This document shows, in pieces, positions 38,292 through 51,812 of a stretch of 64,000 bases of DNA (position 1 is the stretch's first letter; each line of letters starts with the position of its first letter). The stretch comes from Azolla caroliniana (Eukaryota; Plantae; Polypodiophyta), in the NCBI GenBank assembly GCA_043228905.1, contig JBHGNT010000008.1, forward strand, positions 16,802,001 to 16,866,000. Reading direction: 5' to 3'. The translations under genes were made by a program, and so were the position numbers. The notes beneath the pieces were generated by a model. It worked only from the letters and a program-made list of their open reading frames with translations, made no database searches and was not told where the DNA came from.

Positions 38292-39409
38292 CCTGTTTGT
38301 AAAGGATATTCATTGCATTGTAAACACCATTGAACTGTCTTTTCCATGACATTTTGGTTTGGACATTCTCTTTTTAATTCGTCCATGAAGGTGAAGCTTA
38401 AATTCCTCTTCTTGTTCCTAAAGTATATCATCAGACTCAGACATTACAGGAATAGAACACATTAATGAAGGGATTGATCAGAAATACAAGCAAAGTTTGT
38501 CCAACAACAATCTTCAGCAAATCCAAAGAAAAGGTGGGAGATTGTGCCAACCATACAGAGCAGTAGGAAAAATGGATTGTAAGGTAAAAAAGAGTCCGAC
38601 AAAGGGCACAACCAAGCTTGAGGAACAAATTGTGGCCATTTGAGAAATACTCAAATGGTCGTACTTTGATATATTTGTGCTTTTAACCCAACTGCAGACA
38701 GTAAATTACACATGTCCATAAGCTCTAGGAACAGATTGTGACCATTGGAGAAATACTCAAATGGCTGTAGTTTGTTATATTAGCATTTTTTAACACAAGT
38801 ATGCATAATGACTTTGTATTGTGATAAAAACCAAACCACCAAGAGTTCCAAAGCTTTTAAGTGAGAAAATCACTTGTTTGGTAATGTTAAGAGGATCACT
38901 TGTGATCATGATCTGTACAGTATAGATTTGTGAATAGATTGAAGATTTTCTTCATCCATTACTTATGCACAAACTCTTACCAAAGTAGAAGGTACAATGG
39001 AATTTATTGGAGTTAAAGTGTAACCTCCTATTCTTAATGTCTAACAACCAGGTATATTTGGTGATTATTGTTTGTATTTTTGCAATATGGCTGAGAATGT
39101 GATATGAAAAAAGCTCATAATAGGGTCTCTAAAGAAGGGTCCACCACATTTTGTGTTTAGCTACATGGTGCTCATCATTTTTGTTGCAAAAGTGCACATC
39201 ATTGCAGATCCGAGCACTATTTCTGGGATACCAACTGTCATAACTCAAGCAAATTATCAACAATTTAGCCACAACCTAGATCATGACAAGATTTACTTCA
39301 CAAGGGCCTAATGATGAGACTATTAAGATGATTGTATTTGTCGAATCCTCTTTACACTAAGTACAAGCAAGTTAAAAACATGCTGAGTAAGGCAAAGCCA
39401 ACCAATAAA

Positions 39410-39960
39410 TAGCAATGGGCCCGGTTCGATTTCGGTTCGGTTCGGTTTTAAGGCCCATTTATTTATAATAAAAACCAAACCAAATCATTTTTTTGTGATA
39501 TTAATTATCATAAATCTATGTGAAAATCATCATAAATTTAGTTATCACACTTATTATAAATTTGGTCATCATACCTATCATATATTTAGTCATCATACAT
39601 ATTATAATTTTGGTCATCGTACTTATCATAAATTTGATAATCATACATCAAAAGGACACTCTACTTATAATGTATATAAAATTTAATAAGTTAAAGCCTA
39701 GAGGTTTAAAATTAAAAGTTGAAAGTTAGCCTAGAGGTGAAAATTTAGGAATATTTTTTAACCTATAAACCTTTAAACCGTTAAACCAAACCTTTAAACC
39801 GAAATCGCTAAACCATGAAATTCAAAACCAAACCGAACCAAAACCAAACCAGATCATAACATTTAAAACCAAACCAAACCAAACGGTTTATTTATTTTTG
39901 AACCAATAAACCATTAAGCCACGGTTTAACAGTTCAGTTCGGTTTGAGCTGAAACCGGGT
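39410..39960. mobile_element. hAT MITE family A, inverted relative to the 22736 copy, without the nested insert
   Basis: Starts TAGCAATGGGCCCGG and is colinear with the reverse complement of 22736-24002. The right TIR is truncated. Confidence 0.88.
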
Positions 39961-40436
39961 CTCTTAAAAGAAATGCACGTTAGAATCTTCTGAGAACTTC
40001 ACAACATTATTCCAAAATCCTTCAAAGCGTGACAATGATAAAGAAGGCTTTCATCTGTAATAAGTCAATTACAACGAATTTCAAAGAAGTACTCACAGGT
40101 TTTTTCAAAAAAAACAAACCTCATTTTTGTTGACACTTACCCCTTTTCATTGTTCTGCATAGCATCCCAAAAAAGGATGGCATGAAAACTAATGCAGTTA
40201 TAGCATTTGATGTTATTAAAAGTAATTTGGTCGATGAAGTTTTATGCATTCTCAATAATCAATTAAGGCAGGACAAGTTAGTTCAAAGAAAGAGATAACT
40301 AATGCAATAAAACCCTACCTTGAGACCTGACGTCATCCCACTTGCTTCCCTCCTCTATGTTATACACAACCCCCATAAACTTTTTGTCATATTGATCAAG
40401 AGTAATATAAGTAAACAACATTTAAAGACTCTTCTG

Positions 40437-42944
40437 TTAAACTTGTTGTCCACCTGAAAGCGTAGAAGGGAGTGTTGCTCGACGCCAACTCCAATAAAGA
40501 GTACGCATAGGATCGATCTCTTTCAAGCGCAAACACACAAAACAAGCAATCTCATAAGGATTAGAGATCTCATCATCTAAACCAAGTGGCCCACACAAGT
40601 CATGACGAGAAGCTTCATATCCCAACAAAATGAGATCCAAAAGAAGATCTAATGCAAATATACAAGCACTATTCTTTCTTAGTTCATGGATGCAAATATT
40701 CGCAATAGCCTTGCTCTTGACAAGCTCTACATTGTCGCCTTTGTAAAGTCCTTTGAGGTATCTCCATGGACTCTCATTTCCAGAATCGATAGCTATGGCA
40801 TCTTCACAATATTTCAATTCTGATTCCCGCATGCTCTCTAATCCACCAAGCAATGGGCTATTCTTTATAACAAAGTATCGCTGCGAAGGAAGTGAAATTC
40901 TTTAGCTCACTATAGACTGACATTGTTCCTTTCCATTTCAAAGTCACTCTTTCATAGGGATGAAAAACATTTAGGCTTGCCATAACTAGATCATAATACA
41001 TCCAGACTTAAAACATCTGTAAGCCTCGTCTTTCGTAGACCTATTCTGCAGGCATTATCTTTTCTATTTTTGCAGAGTTGATCAGCTTAATAGATCAGTT
41101 CTACCACAAAATGGTAGAGACAATAAGAGAGACCAGTGGTGGTTGTAGTGCATGCTCTACATAGTAGAAAATAAAACATATAGAGGACCAAATATGACAA
41201 ATTAGAATACATATAGCACCTGATTCCAAGCAGAATTGTTGTAAATATCTTCTTGTAATAACCTGCCACAGAAATCTAGCTCTGATTCCCATCCTCCTAA
41301 AGCTTTAAGTACCCACTGCATGCAAATAGAAGACACATATTCAGCAATCTCCAAATTGCATGTTTACAAATGCTTCCATAAAAGTATCCCGAATATTCAA
41401 ACCCCTATTACCCAGGTCACACTTAAAATCCATTCTTAACAACATTGTCTATACAACTAAAAATTTAAATTTCAAATCCTTATCAACCTAGTTTGTCAGC
41501 CAAAGAGCTTTGCAAACCTGTCGATGAGACCATGCATGGTAATTTTTTGCATCATCTAGAAACACTTTCTCAGTGAAGCTCAGCTCAGCTTCTTTAGCTG
41601 CAGGACCCAATTTTTCAGCTGTCCATCTTCGATGATGCCTAGAAATATCGTATAGCTCATTAATCTGTGAATTAGAGCCATTCTAGTTGTCAGACAAGTT
41701 TTAGGGGTTACCAAATCTGATAATTCTTATAATTTAACTGCGCTATTCTTCCAATGAACTCCATCTCCTTCCAAAGATCATAAGACAACGCTTCTAAAAC
41801 AAGCCTCCTGAAATGCCAAACCTGGGAAAACATTTGTCAGCTATGTTGACCATGATGAAGAAACATCATTAATATTTTTTTCAACAATAAAACTCACATT
41901 GATAGCAACAGGCTAGGACAATTACATACCTTGATCTAAAACCCAAACTCATTGCACAAATTTATTTCATGGATAAGAGTAAAACGTTGTTTTACAAGCA
42001 TATATTTTACTTATACTTTACTCATGTTCTCTCATACTTATGGAGAGTATATCTGCTATTGCTAGAATATACAAGCTCGACAGCAAGCACAAACCCTAAG
42101 TTCCTCCTTGTACGTTACAAAACATTGAATTGGAACTTGCTATCACTACCATCAAGGCTTCACCTGCAGATTCCTCCCACATTTTCTATAATAATCATTG
42201 AGGTTTCATTCTCATGCAACAAGAAGATTCTCTGACATGCAATGCAATGAACCAGTGCAGTTTTACAAAACACAATACAGAGGCTGCAACGAAGGCCTGT
42301 CTCTTTATTACCACCAATTCCATGCACAGTCACGATCTTATGCACTTAAAAAAGTTCCATTCAAGATAAACACAGGAAAGCAAGCAATATACATGTTCTG
42401 AATTTTCAGACATTATAGCCATAGTGCAACAGAATTTGAAATCATGAAGACACTCAGCTGGACTTTGTTACCAAGCTCCCTAGCACCAAAGCTCCAACCA
42501 GAGACAGAACATTAACTTAAAGACATATACATTTCTAGCTCTTCAACCTCGAGAGAAAAGAAATACAACTTTATCGTATCCATTCTAAAACACCATTACC
42601 TGGGCATTCCAAAAACAATAATCTTCTGATGGAAATGGGAAAAAAAAAAATAGAGGAGAGAGAGGGAGAGAGAGAGAGAGAGAGATAAATACCGTGTAAT
42701 TCCCTGCATTGAGATAGATAACCTCTTCCGTGAGGAGGAGGGAGCGATGGCTACGCTCATCCATGGAAAGCACGGCTCTGAAGAAATCCATGGTTTCACG
42801 GAACTGCGGGGTGTAGAGGATGGGGACGACAGGGTGAGGGCCGTCGTCCTGAGGGAGAGGGGCGACGTCCGACCACTCGGGCCTCTGGCTGAGAGGGATC
42901 CATGGCGATCCTTCGGAGTCGGAATCGGATCCGGAGGACGACAT
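40437..42944 (-). CDS. FTA: Protein farnesyltransferase / geranylgeranyltransferase type-I alpha subunit, 340 aa
   Basis: Exons 42944-42693, 41821-41712, 41638-41518, 41315-41220, 40880-40437. Motifs [23 protein letters not shown] and PFTA repeats [48 protein letters not shown]. Confidence 0.95.
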
Positions 42945-43009
42945 GGCGCCGACTGAAGAAATCAGAAGCAGACAAAGAAGAAGATGATGAAGAAGAAGAA
43001 GAAGACGTT

Positions 43010-43054
43010 TAGGGCGATGGCAGGGTTCGAACCTGTGACCTAAAAAGTATGCAT

Positions 43055-43085
<31 letters not shown>

Positions 43086-43320
43086 AAGAAGACGTTTTGG
43101 GCGATGGCAGGGTTCGAACCTGTGACCTAAAATGTATGCCTTAGATGAAGAACAACAACAAATGAAGAAGAAGAAGACGTTTTGGGCGATGACAGGGTTC
43201 GAACCTATGACCTAAAATGTATGCCTTAGAAGAAGAACAACAACAACAACAAATGAAGAAGAATAAGAATAAGAATAGAAGGATTTGGGCGATGGCAAGT
43301 CTCGAACCTGCGACCCACAT
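43010..43320 (-). repeat. Four tandem units (~85-100 bp), each with a tRNA T-arm/B-box, separated by (CTT)n tracts
   Basis: Minus strand GGTCACAGGTTCGAACCCTGCCATCGCCC at ~43012, ~43099, ~43184 and a variant at ~43287. Confidence 0.88.
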
Positions 43321-44283
43321 CTCTAAAACCTTCGCATACATTCCGAACACGTGGGCCTACATCTCGCCTTTCCAAGCCGTGATCCCAGCCGAGGAAGAGA
43401 TGGCTTCCGTGGCATTTGCCACATGGATGCTTCCGGGAGGCTGGCTGGCAAATGACATGGATGGATTTCGTGGCCATTGCCAAAATGGAAGCTTCCTAGA
43501 GGCGAGCATATTAGATTAGATGGGTTTGGAAGGATTGCCAAATGGAAGCTCCCAAGAGGCAAGCATATTAGATTAGATGGGTTTGGAAGCAGTGCCAAAT
43601 AGAAGTGTTCATTGAGATGCTATTTTTAGTGTTAACAAGGCAAAAGTTGTATGTGGGTGCTTCCCGCCCACATTGACCTTTCCCTTAATATTAAGCAAAA
43701 TTAAGGGGGAAAATAAGGAAGAAAGGATCCCTGGTGAAGGTGAGAGAGATGGATTTGAGCTCCTCATTAGTGTCCCATATCACCAAGTTCAGGCATGAAT
43801 CGTACTTTAGGTTTGAAGAAGGAGGAACATGTGTATGAAGTTAGAGCTTTGCTGCATGAATGGTACTAATGTATGAACTAACGACCTCTCCTTAAACCCT
43901 AAAATTGAAATCACAGACACTCCTCCGGGTTGGAAACTCCTTTTGGCTCACAACTAACCTAATGAACCTCTCTCTACATGTACTGGGGCCCGTCCTCTTT
44001 TTTATAGTATTTTCCCACATTGTTCAATGTGTTTGTTTAGATTCTCACAAGTAAGGGTTACACATGTATTAGGCAAGTAATGAAAGGGGTTAGGTGGGGA
44101 TTAAACCCTAGGGTTGTGGATACAACACCCATGTTAATAAACTCATGGTTCCCTTAGCAAAGTTGTCCATCACAAGCTTACTAAATAAACCCGTCCTTTA
44201 GAAAAGTCATCCATCATGAGCTTGCTTCATTTCGCAAGCAATGCTCAAAACACAAGCTACCTATCTATATCTATAGGCGAGGT

Positions 44284-44664
44284 TCACAATCAGCAATGGT
44301 TCGGTTTGAACCCAAACCGCAACGTAATAGTGTAAATGGTTCGGTTCGGTTTGGGGATTTACTAGTCTGGTTCAAGCCTTTTTTTATTTAACGGTTTTCG
44401 GTTTAAACGCTTTGAAACCGTGGTTCAAACAGTTTAAGGAAATAAATTTTGAAAATTGACCTAGCTTGAAAACTAAGACCGAACTGTGAAACCGCGATTT
44501 TAACAATTTAGCGGTTTAAAGGTTTGAGAGTCTATAAAACCGTTTGGTTTGAGCTTGAATTTTTTGTATCGGTTCGGTTTGAGTCTCGATTTTTTTAAAC
44601 GATTCAAGTTTGACCCTCTCAAACCAAACAGAACAGAACCGAACCGAATAGTTGCCAATTGTTA
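44284..44664. mobile_element. hAT-type MITE
   Basis: Perfect 8-bp TSD GGCGAGGT (44276-44283, 44665-44672). Degenerate TIRs TCACAATCAGCAA...TTGCCAATTGTTA. GGTTC/GAACC subterminal repeats. Confidence 0.85.
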
Positions 44665-44954
44665 GGCGAGGTGCATCGGGGAGGGAGGTCCCTCGTGCCC
44701 TCGAGTGGTTTCAGCTCTATGAGCAGTATCTTTGTGGGACAGGGAGAGTTTCTCGGCCATCATTTAGAGCCCGGTTCAAAACAACTACACCACAACCATT
44801 TCATAACTGTAGAAGGCTGGCAAGCTCCTGTGTGATCCCTCGATCCGTATGGCCCTTGTCCGGGCGGACAAATGTGTGGAAAAGCCTCTGTTGCCCCCGG
44901 AGTAGACGTGTTTGGGCGCGGCCAAGCAATATGTATAGTGAGGAGAATCATGGT

Positions 44955-45385
44955 GAGAAAATGCCCAAATCTTTGAAAGAGAAGTCATAGATCATTATAG
45001 AGAGGATAGAGGAGAAGAAGCTGATTCAGAAACAAGAAGAAGAAGAAGAAAGACCAGGTAATTCATGGGTTCTAAAGATCTGTTAGAAAATGCCCAGATC
45101 TTTGATAGTGTAGTTACATTGAGAGGATAGAGGAGAAGAATCTGATTCAGGAAGAAGAAGAAGAAGAAGAAGAAGAAGAAGAAGAAGAAGAAGAAGAAGA
45201 AGAAAGACCAGGTAATTCATGGGTTCTTCAGATTAGTAAGAAAATGCCCAAATCTTTGGAAGTGTAGATACATAGAGAGGATAGAGTATAAGCAGCTGAT
45301 GCAGGAAGAAGAAGAAGAAGAAGAAGAAGCAGAAGAAGCAGCAGAAGAAGAAAGACTAGGTCATTCATGGGTTCTTCAGATTACC
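44955..45385 (+). repeat. Triplicated UGT 5' leader/start region with (GAA)n tracts
   Basis: GAAAATGCCCA.ATCTTTG..GAGGATAGAG..CTGA..(GAA)n AAAGAC.AGGT.ATTCATGGGTTCT occurs three times, with ATGs at 45065, 45219 and 45367. Confidence 0.9.
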
Positions 45386-47914
45386 TAATTAAGCCTCATG
45401 TGGTCATGGTTCCTTACCCTGCACAGGGCCACATCAACCCTTTCATGCAGCTAGCCAAACAGATGGTCTCTCAGGGCTTCACCATCACCTTCCTCAATAC
45501 AGATCATAATCACCATCGGATTCTCGCCTCCGCTTCTTCTTCTTCGTCTTCTTCGAAAAACCTAATTTGTGAAGACATACGTTTGGCTCACATACCTGAT
45601 GGCTTTCCCGATGACTATGATCGGATGTCCGACCTCGGCCGCCTTTCGGAAGCCATAGATCGGCGTATGCCCGCACCTTTCGAAGCCCTAATGCTTCAGC
45701 TCCTCCATCAATCACGGATCGCAAGCCCAAACCCTAATTTGGTCGATAACCATGACCCAAACCTTAATTCCCCTGATAATCATAGCCCTGAAAACTGTAC
45801 TAACCCTACTGAACCCAGCCCTAATCCTCCGGTGTGTATCGTTTCGGATGTTCTCATGTTGTTTACCCAAGACATTGCCAACAAATTGGGGCTCCCTCGT
45901 GTCGCTGTGTGGCTTCAGTCGGCAGCGAGCTTCGCGGTCAATCTTCATGTACCGGCATTGATTCGCGATGGATACATACCTATCACAGGCAATTATATTC
46001 CCTTTGCCTCTTTTGTTTTCTTTCTGTCTTTGTATTATCAGGATTAGGGCATTTCCCGAATGCCTAGGAATCGGCACTGGCTCAACTCAAGCCTAAACTG
46101 AACCGATCGACCGTTTCTAAACAGTTTTGCGGTTTAGTTCAGCTCGGTTTGAGATGGCACAAGCCGAACAGAACCATTATGGGCTAATCCAGTTCCCAAA
46201 TCGGTTAAGGATTAATAGGTGTGTGTATACTGGTTAAGAATTAATCGGTTTGGATAAACCGGTTCCTAAACAATTTTATGCGTAACCCGTTTGGTCAAAC
46301 GGGTCAAGGCTTAACCGGTTTGGGAGATGGCACAAGCCGAACCGAACCATTATGGGCTAATCCAGTTCCCAAATCGGTTAAAGATTAATAGGTGTGTGTA
46401 TACTGGTTAAGCATTAATCGGTTTGGATAAACCGGTTCCTAAACAAATTTTATGCGTAACCCGTTTGGTCAAATGGGTCAAGGCTTAACCGGTTTGGGAG
46501 CTGGTTCGTTTCAAGTTTGAAAACTCCCAAACCGGTTAAGTTAAGCCGAAACTGAACCGATTCCATTCCTATGGAATGCCCCTGTGGTTTCATCATTTTT
46601 CCGTATGAGACTCGCATTCAGGTATTTCCCAGAATTCCTTTGGTCGATCCCATCTCAAAATGAACTACGAGACCAAACTAGAGAATACATCGAAGAGAGA
46701 TTATGGAGAGAAGATCAATGAATGAAAAGAGAAATGCCCTATAAGAGACCAACAAAATTAGAATCATGTTCGAGAGTCGAGATCATGGGGTCATTAGTTC
46801 GATTCACTATAAATTCTTACATTTCCTAACCATGAGCACCAAATATCACTGCAAGCTGTTAGTCGTTTTTTCTTTGATTATCCTCGAATAAAAAGGCCAT
46901 CTCCAATTTAGGATTTTCATTCCTTGTTGGGCATTTTTGTTGTGGTGATTATTCTAACTTTTATGCTCTCGAGCAGAAGTCTCAAGAAAAGAACCTATCA
47001 CAAGCATACCCGGGCACCCTCCTCTAGACCCATACGATCTACCATCCTTCTTCCAGACCACCTCCGATGCATCTAATTACATGTTTCAATTCAAACTTCG
47101 GCCATTCGAGCGATTACAAGAAGCGGAGTTCATTTTGATCAACACATTCTATGACCTCGAGAAAGACTTGTTGCTTTCATTGCAAGAAGAATACCGGGTC
47201 CTTCCAGCCGGTCCATTTCTTCCTCCGGCATTGTTGTCAATGGGCGGTTCTCGTGGTGACGATGACCGAACTGGCACTGGACTTTGGGCCGAGGACGACG
47301 GATGTTTATCGTGGCTTGATAAACAAAAAGACTCTTCGGTACTTTATATTTCATTTGGAAGCATCGCGAGCTTATCTCGGGATCAATTCCGAGAGCTTGT
47401 GCTTGGCCTAGAGGCTTCAAAAAGACCTATTCTATGGGCTATTAGGCCCGATATAAAAGAGCTTGTTTCTCCATTGATTCCACCAAGTTTCCTTGGTGGA
47501 GAGAGCGAAGAGGAGAGTCGAGTTTATATTACATCATGGGCTCCTCAAGCTCTTGTTCTATCACATAGGAGTGTGGGCGGTTTCTTAACACATTGTGGTT
47601 GGAACTCTACTTTGGAGAGCATAAGCATGGGAGTTCCGACATTGAATTGGCCGTACTTTGCTGATCAAATGATGAATCGGAAGTGGATGGTGGATGAATG
47701 GAAGGTTGGGAAGAGTTTCAAGGCTTCGAAGGATGGGATGGTGAGCAAAGAAGAAGTGGAGAGGCTTGTGAGATTGCTAATGGAAGACGAAGAAGGGGAA
47801 GAAATGAGGGTTCGAGCTCGGGCCTTGAGTTGTTTAGCAAAAGAGGCAATGCAACCTCATGGCTCGTCTTGTCTCAATTTACATGAGGTTTTGAAGCCTT
47901 ACAAGCATTCCTAG
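45367..47914 (+). CDS. Family-1 UDP-glycosyltransferase (plant secondary metabolism)
   Basis: Exons 45367-45988 and 46977-47914. N-terminal HVVMVPYPAQGHINP with the catalytic His. PSPG box WAPQALVLSHRSVGGFLTHCGWNSTLESISMGVPTLNWPYFADQ. Confidence 0.93.
46065..46571. mobile_element. hAT-type MITE in the UGT intron, with an internal ~175-bp tandem duplication
   Basis: TAGGAATCGGCA...ATTCCTA ends, flanked by CGAATGCC and (T)GGAATGCC. Confidence 0.8.
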
Positions 47915-50025
47915 ATTCATAATCTGTCGAAATGTTTTTCACTGTGTGAAACAATCAATAGTGCAATCGTGCTTTTCCTAGATTTTTGTGTTGTAAAATT
48001 GAATGGTAATATTATGAAATGCTTTCTAATTAAGCAACATTTACACACATTCAATGAAGAGCCAACAAAAGACATAATAGAATATTGCATAAGTGAAAGA
48101 CTGAAAGAAGATCTCTTAGTACTTGTTGCGTTGTGTGGCTAGTTTCACGTAAAGTACACGAGATTTGGAAGCTTTACAAACATTTTGAGATCATAAACTT
48201 TTGAACTCTTTTATTGTGAAAAATAATCAATAATGCAATCATAGTTTTCCAAGTTTGTTCTAACTTCTTACATAGAAAGCATGCAGCTCTCTTGTTCACT
48301 CTCTTCTTAAAAGCTTGTTTAGTAGTTTAGATGGTCATGTATATGAAATGATTGCCAATTAAGCAATGTCTACTCCTTCAACATAGCTAACAAAAGATGT
48401 TGTAGAGTATTACATAAAAGAACATCTCATTGCACTTAGTGCCATAAGTAGAAGGTAACAAGCAGACATTGCAAGAGCAATTGTATAAGGGATAGTATAT
48501 AGAATAACATTACAAATAGTACATTGAATAGTGTAAACAATTTGTCCTTCACCAAATTCAACAAAGATGTACCTATATTACTCAAATTGGGGAGGTTTTG
48601 AGATAATGAAAATTTCGAGCAATTGCAATGCATTGGTCGTTACATGCATAACCATAAATGATCATGAAATAGGTTTTCCATACTTTTGCCTAATCTTATG
48701 ATGAGTAAGTGTGGCCTAATGCTGAAAAGGAACATGGGTATGAATTGGATTACAATTCTATAGTGTGAGATGACTATTAAGTGCATTATCACTTGACCAC
48801 ATTACATGAAGTAGTCAAGTTCGTAAACAAACAAGGGCCTAGGAATTTTGCCTACATAAGAAGACTTATGCTGAAACTATGTTAAGTATGGCTATGACTC
48901 TTGTTCGCTAAACGTGTGGGATCTTCGTGGAACCCAAGGTACGGATCACATTAACACTCTATGGTATGGGACATCAAGGAGGTTCAGGTTCATCTCAAAC
49001 CATTGCTAGGGTGTTGTTGGGTAGTTGGCAACCCTTTTTTCTTTATTTGGTCTATAATTCCTTATGATTTGCTTAAACGATTGTTAGACTCTAACATCAA
49101 CATACATTATTTTGTTGTCCATATCAGAACTAGCAATGATTGGTCCTTTGAACTCTCCATATGCACCTTGTCTTGCATCCTTCTCAAGTATAAGTTTTGC
49201 CGAATAATACTTAACCAAATAACTTCATTCATGAAAGCTTTTGTACATTTTCCACTAAAACACTAGGGATTTCCACTAAAACACTAGGGAAATATATACT
49301 AAAACACAACACTAGGATGCCGAATAATACTTAACCAAACCCTTCCCCCTTCTTTTTCTGAAATAGTATGTTAGTTAGCGTTCCTTCTTTTTCTTAGTTA
49401 TCGAAATATTTATATCTCAACCATCTACTATCTTGTTCTTGAATGTTATATCTTTCATCATAATATATTTTACCTTAACCATCTAGTATATTCTCTTAAT
49501 ATGGCTTTTCATTTTGAAATTTTAAGACACAATGGAAACAATTGTAATCAACATCATGACAAATAAGTAATGTTAGTAAACAATCCAATCATCCTAAAGG
49601 AACTATCAATGCATATCGATATAAGCTATTGACATATCGATATAAGCTTGCTTTAATACACGTGGCTTTGCTTATATGACATTGCTTTTGCATAGATAAT
49701 CTGGATGTCTATTTGACATAAGTTTTAACCAAAAGTTTGCTAGTTAAATCACTTGATTTTGTATTAACAAGTTTAGCACGCCATTATGGGGAAAAAACAC
49801 TCCACTAATCCCACAATTTTCACTAAGGGAGAAGATGTATTGAGGGATTAAAAAGTATCCACACAATAAACACAAAACTATTCTTAATCATTTTGCAATC
49901 TACCCGATAAAAATAATTCCTCAAGTCTTCAAATGTAAATTCTTGGCACGATAAGTTTAAGGTAACCAAACCTAAACATTAAAACACTTTTTGACACTCA
50001 AGTCTCTTGTAGATATACTTGATAC

Positions 50026-50305
50026 TAGGAATCAGCAATGGCTTGGCTCAGACCTGAACCGAGTTGTTAAACATTTTTTTAAACGATTTGGTTGTTTAGT
50101 TTGGTTGGGTTCAGGCTTTAGCTTGGTTTGGCAAGGCGCAAGCCAACTTGGTTCCCAAATCAGTTAAGGCTTAAATGGTTTGGTGAAATTGGTTTCTAGA
50201 CCGATTTAGGCTTAACTAGTTTGGCCAAACCGGTTAAAGCTTAACCGGTTTGGTTTGGACAAGGCCAAACTAGTTATGTTGAAACCAAACTGTTGTCGAT
50301 TCCTA
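50026..50305. mobile_element. hAT-type MITE
   Basis: TAGGAATCAGCAA...TTGTCGATTCCTA, with degenerate TSD CTTGATAC/CTTTATGC. Confidence 0.8.
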
Positions 50306-51812
50306 CTTTATGCTTTAAGAATCAAAGTTTGTCCAAAGGCCAAACTCCTATCGTGATGCTCTTTTAAGGCAATCAAAGCTAAACACAACACACTTTGTTT
50401 AGATAAATTATATAATTCAATCACGTTACACAAATTCAGACAATTGGCAATGGAGCTACCACTTAAAACTTAAAAATGGCCTTTGTTATCTTTAATTGAA
50501 TGGCTAAATTTAACTTATTGTGTCTAGGATCCTTGTGATAAATAAATCATATATGAGCCCTTTAGCTCTGAACAATGAGTACGTTATCCACGTTGTCTCT
50601 AACACATGAAAAGCTAACAACGCAAATTGACAAGCACTTTAATGTCAAGAGATCCATATGCTACCATTACAATTCACCATATAAAAATCTAGCATTTCAA
50701 CTAACACAACTTGTCCCAAAGTTTTGATTTCTAAACACAACTTGTGTTTGGTTGCGTGGATATCGATATTAAGAGTTGACAATCAAGGCAAATTTCCAAA
50801 TTAAGTGGACATGTGATGAAGATGATGAGTAGAAATGTCAGATGCAAGACAAAAAATAAAGGTAAAAAACATCAAAGTTTGCACACTCCCAAGTCATGAA
50901 GGATCTCTATAGAACACATAAACACAAATTCCATTACAAAAAATAATGAACATGCACATGTCACCTTCTATGCGTAAAAGACAATGCCATATGCAAGAAA
51001 GCATAATGAAGAATCTGAATTATCAACAAAAAAACATGTTTAACTCAATATCCTTCATATATATTAATCTTGAAAGCTGAGTAAAAGAGAATTGACACAT
51101 GAATGACAAAAAATCAAAATCTCACCAACAAAAACAAAGACTTCAACATATAACCTTGCAAAGAAAATGAAGAGAACCGACATATAAATTGCATCATCTC
51201 CACATGCGCCACGCTCAAAATCAAGGAATTCTAGAACCATCCATTTGTCCATCTCTCTTTCAAGGTGGAGGTGGGGAGCATCACACGTTATGATGTGACA
51301 TGTTTATGATAATTTGATAATGCTTTCCCATCTTAACCAAATAACCAATGCACCAACCTGATACAACTTCTCAAAAGTTGGGGGGACCCATCATATTGTC
51401 TTAACAAATATTATATGCTCTCTACTTAAGCATGGGAATAGCCTTAAGAAAAGGCACAAGCCACATACGCTAGTACACTCTCAACATCAACACAGGAAGA
51501 CTCGTCATGTGATGGCTCCTTTTGGATCTCATATGTCATGCATCTAACCTCGTGAGAATATTAAAAAATACTATGTCACGAATTGATTTCCTTTAATTGA
51601 TTCATTCTAGTGTTTCTAGGCTTGAAATGCCCAACTAGTTGTATTTTCCCTACTCTTAGAATTGTGTCACTTTGCAATGTCTTGCAATGTCTTATTGCTC
51701 TAATCACATTTTGATGAATAATTCTAATTAATATTAGGTTTAAAATGCCCAAGTTTGTATTTTTTCCATTCAATCATCATTATGTAATGATACTTAAATC
51801 AAAGCTCCTTTC

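Noticed and set aside
43010-43320. CRISPR-like repeat-spacer appearance
   Set aside because: The spacers are homologous microsatellite-containing sequence, there are no cas genes, and the context is eukaryotic.
43630-44260. Possible solo LTR starting TGTTAAC
   Set aside because: No matching CA end or TSD could be found.
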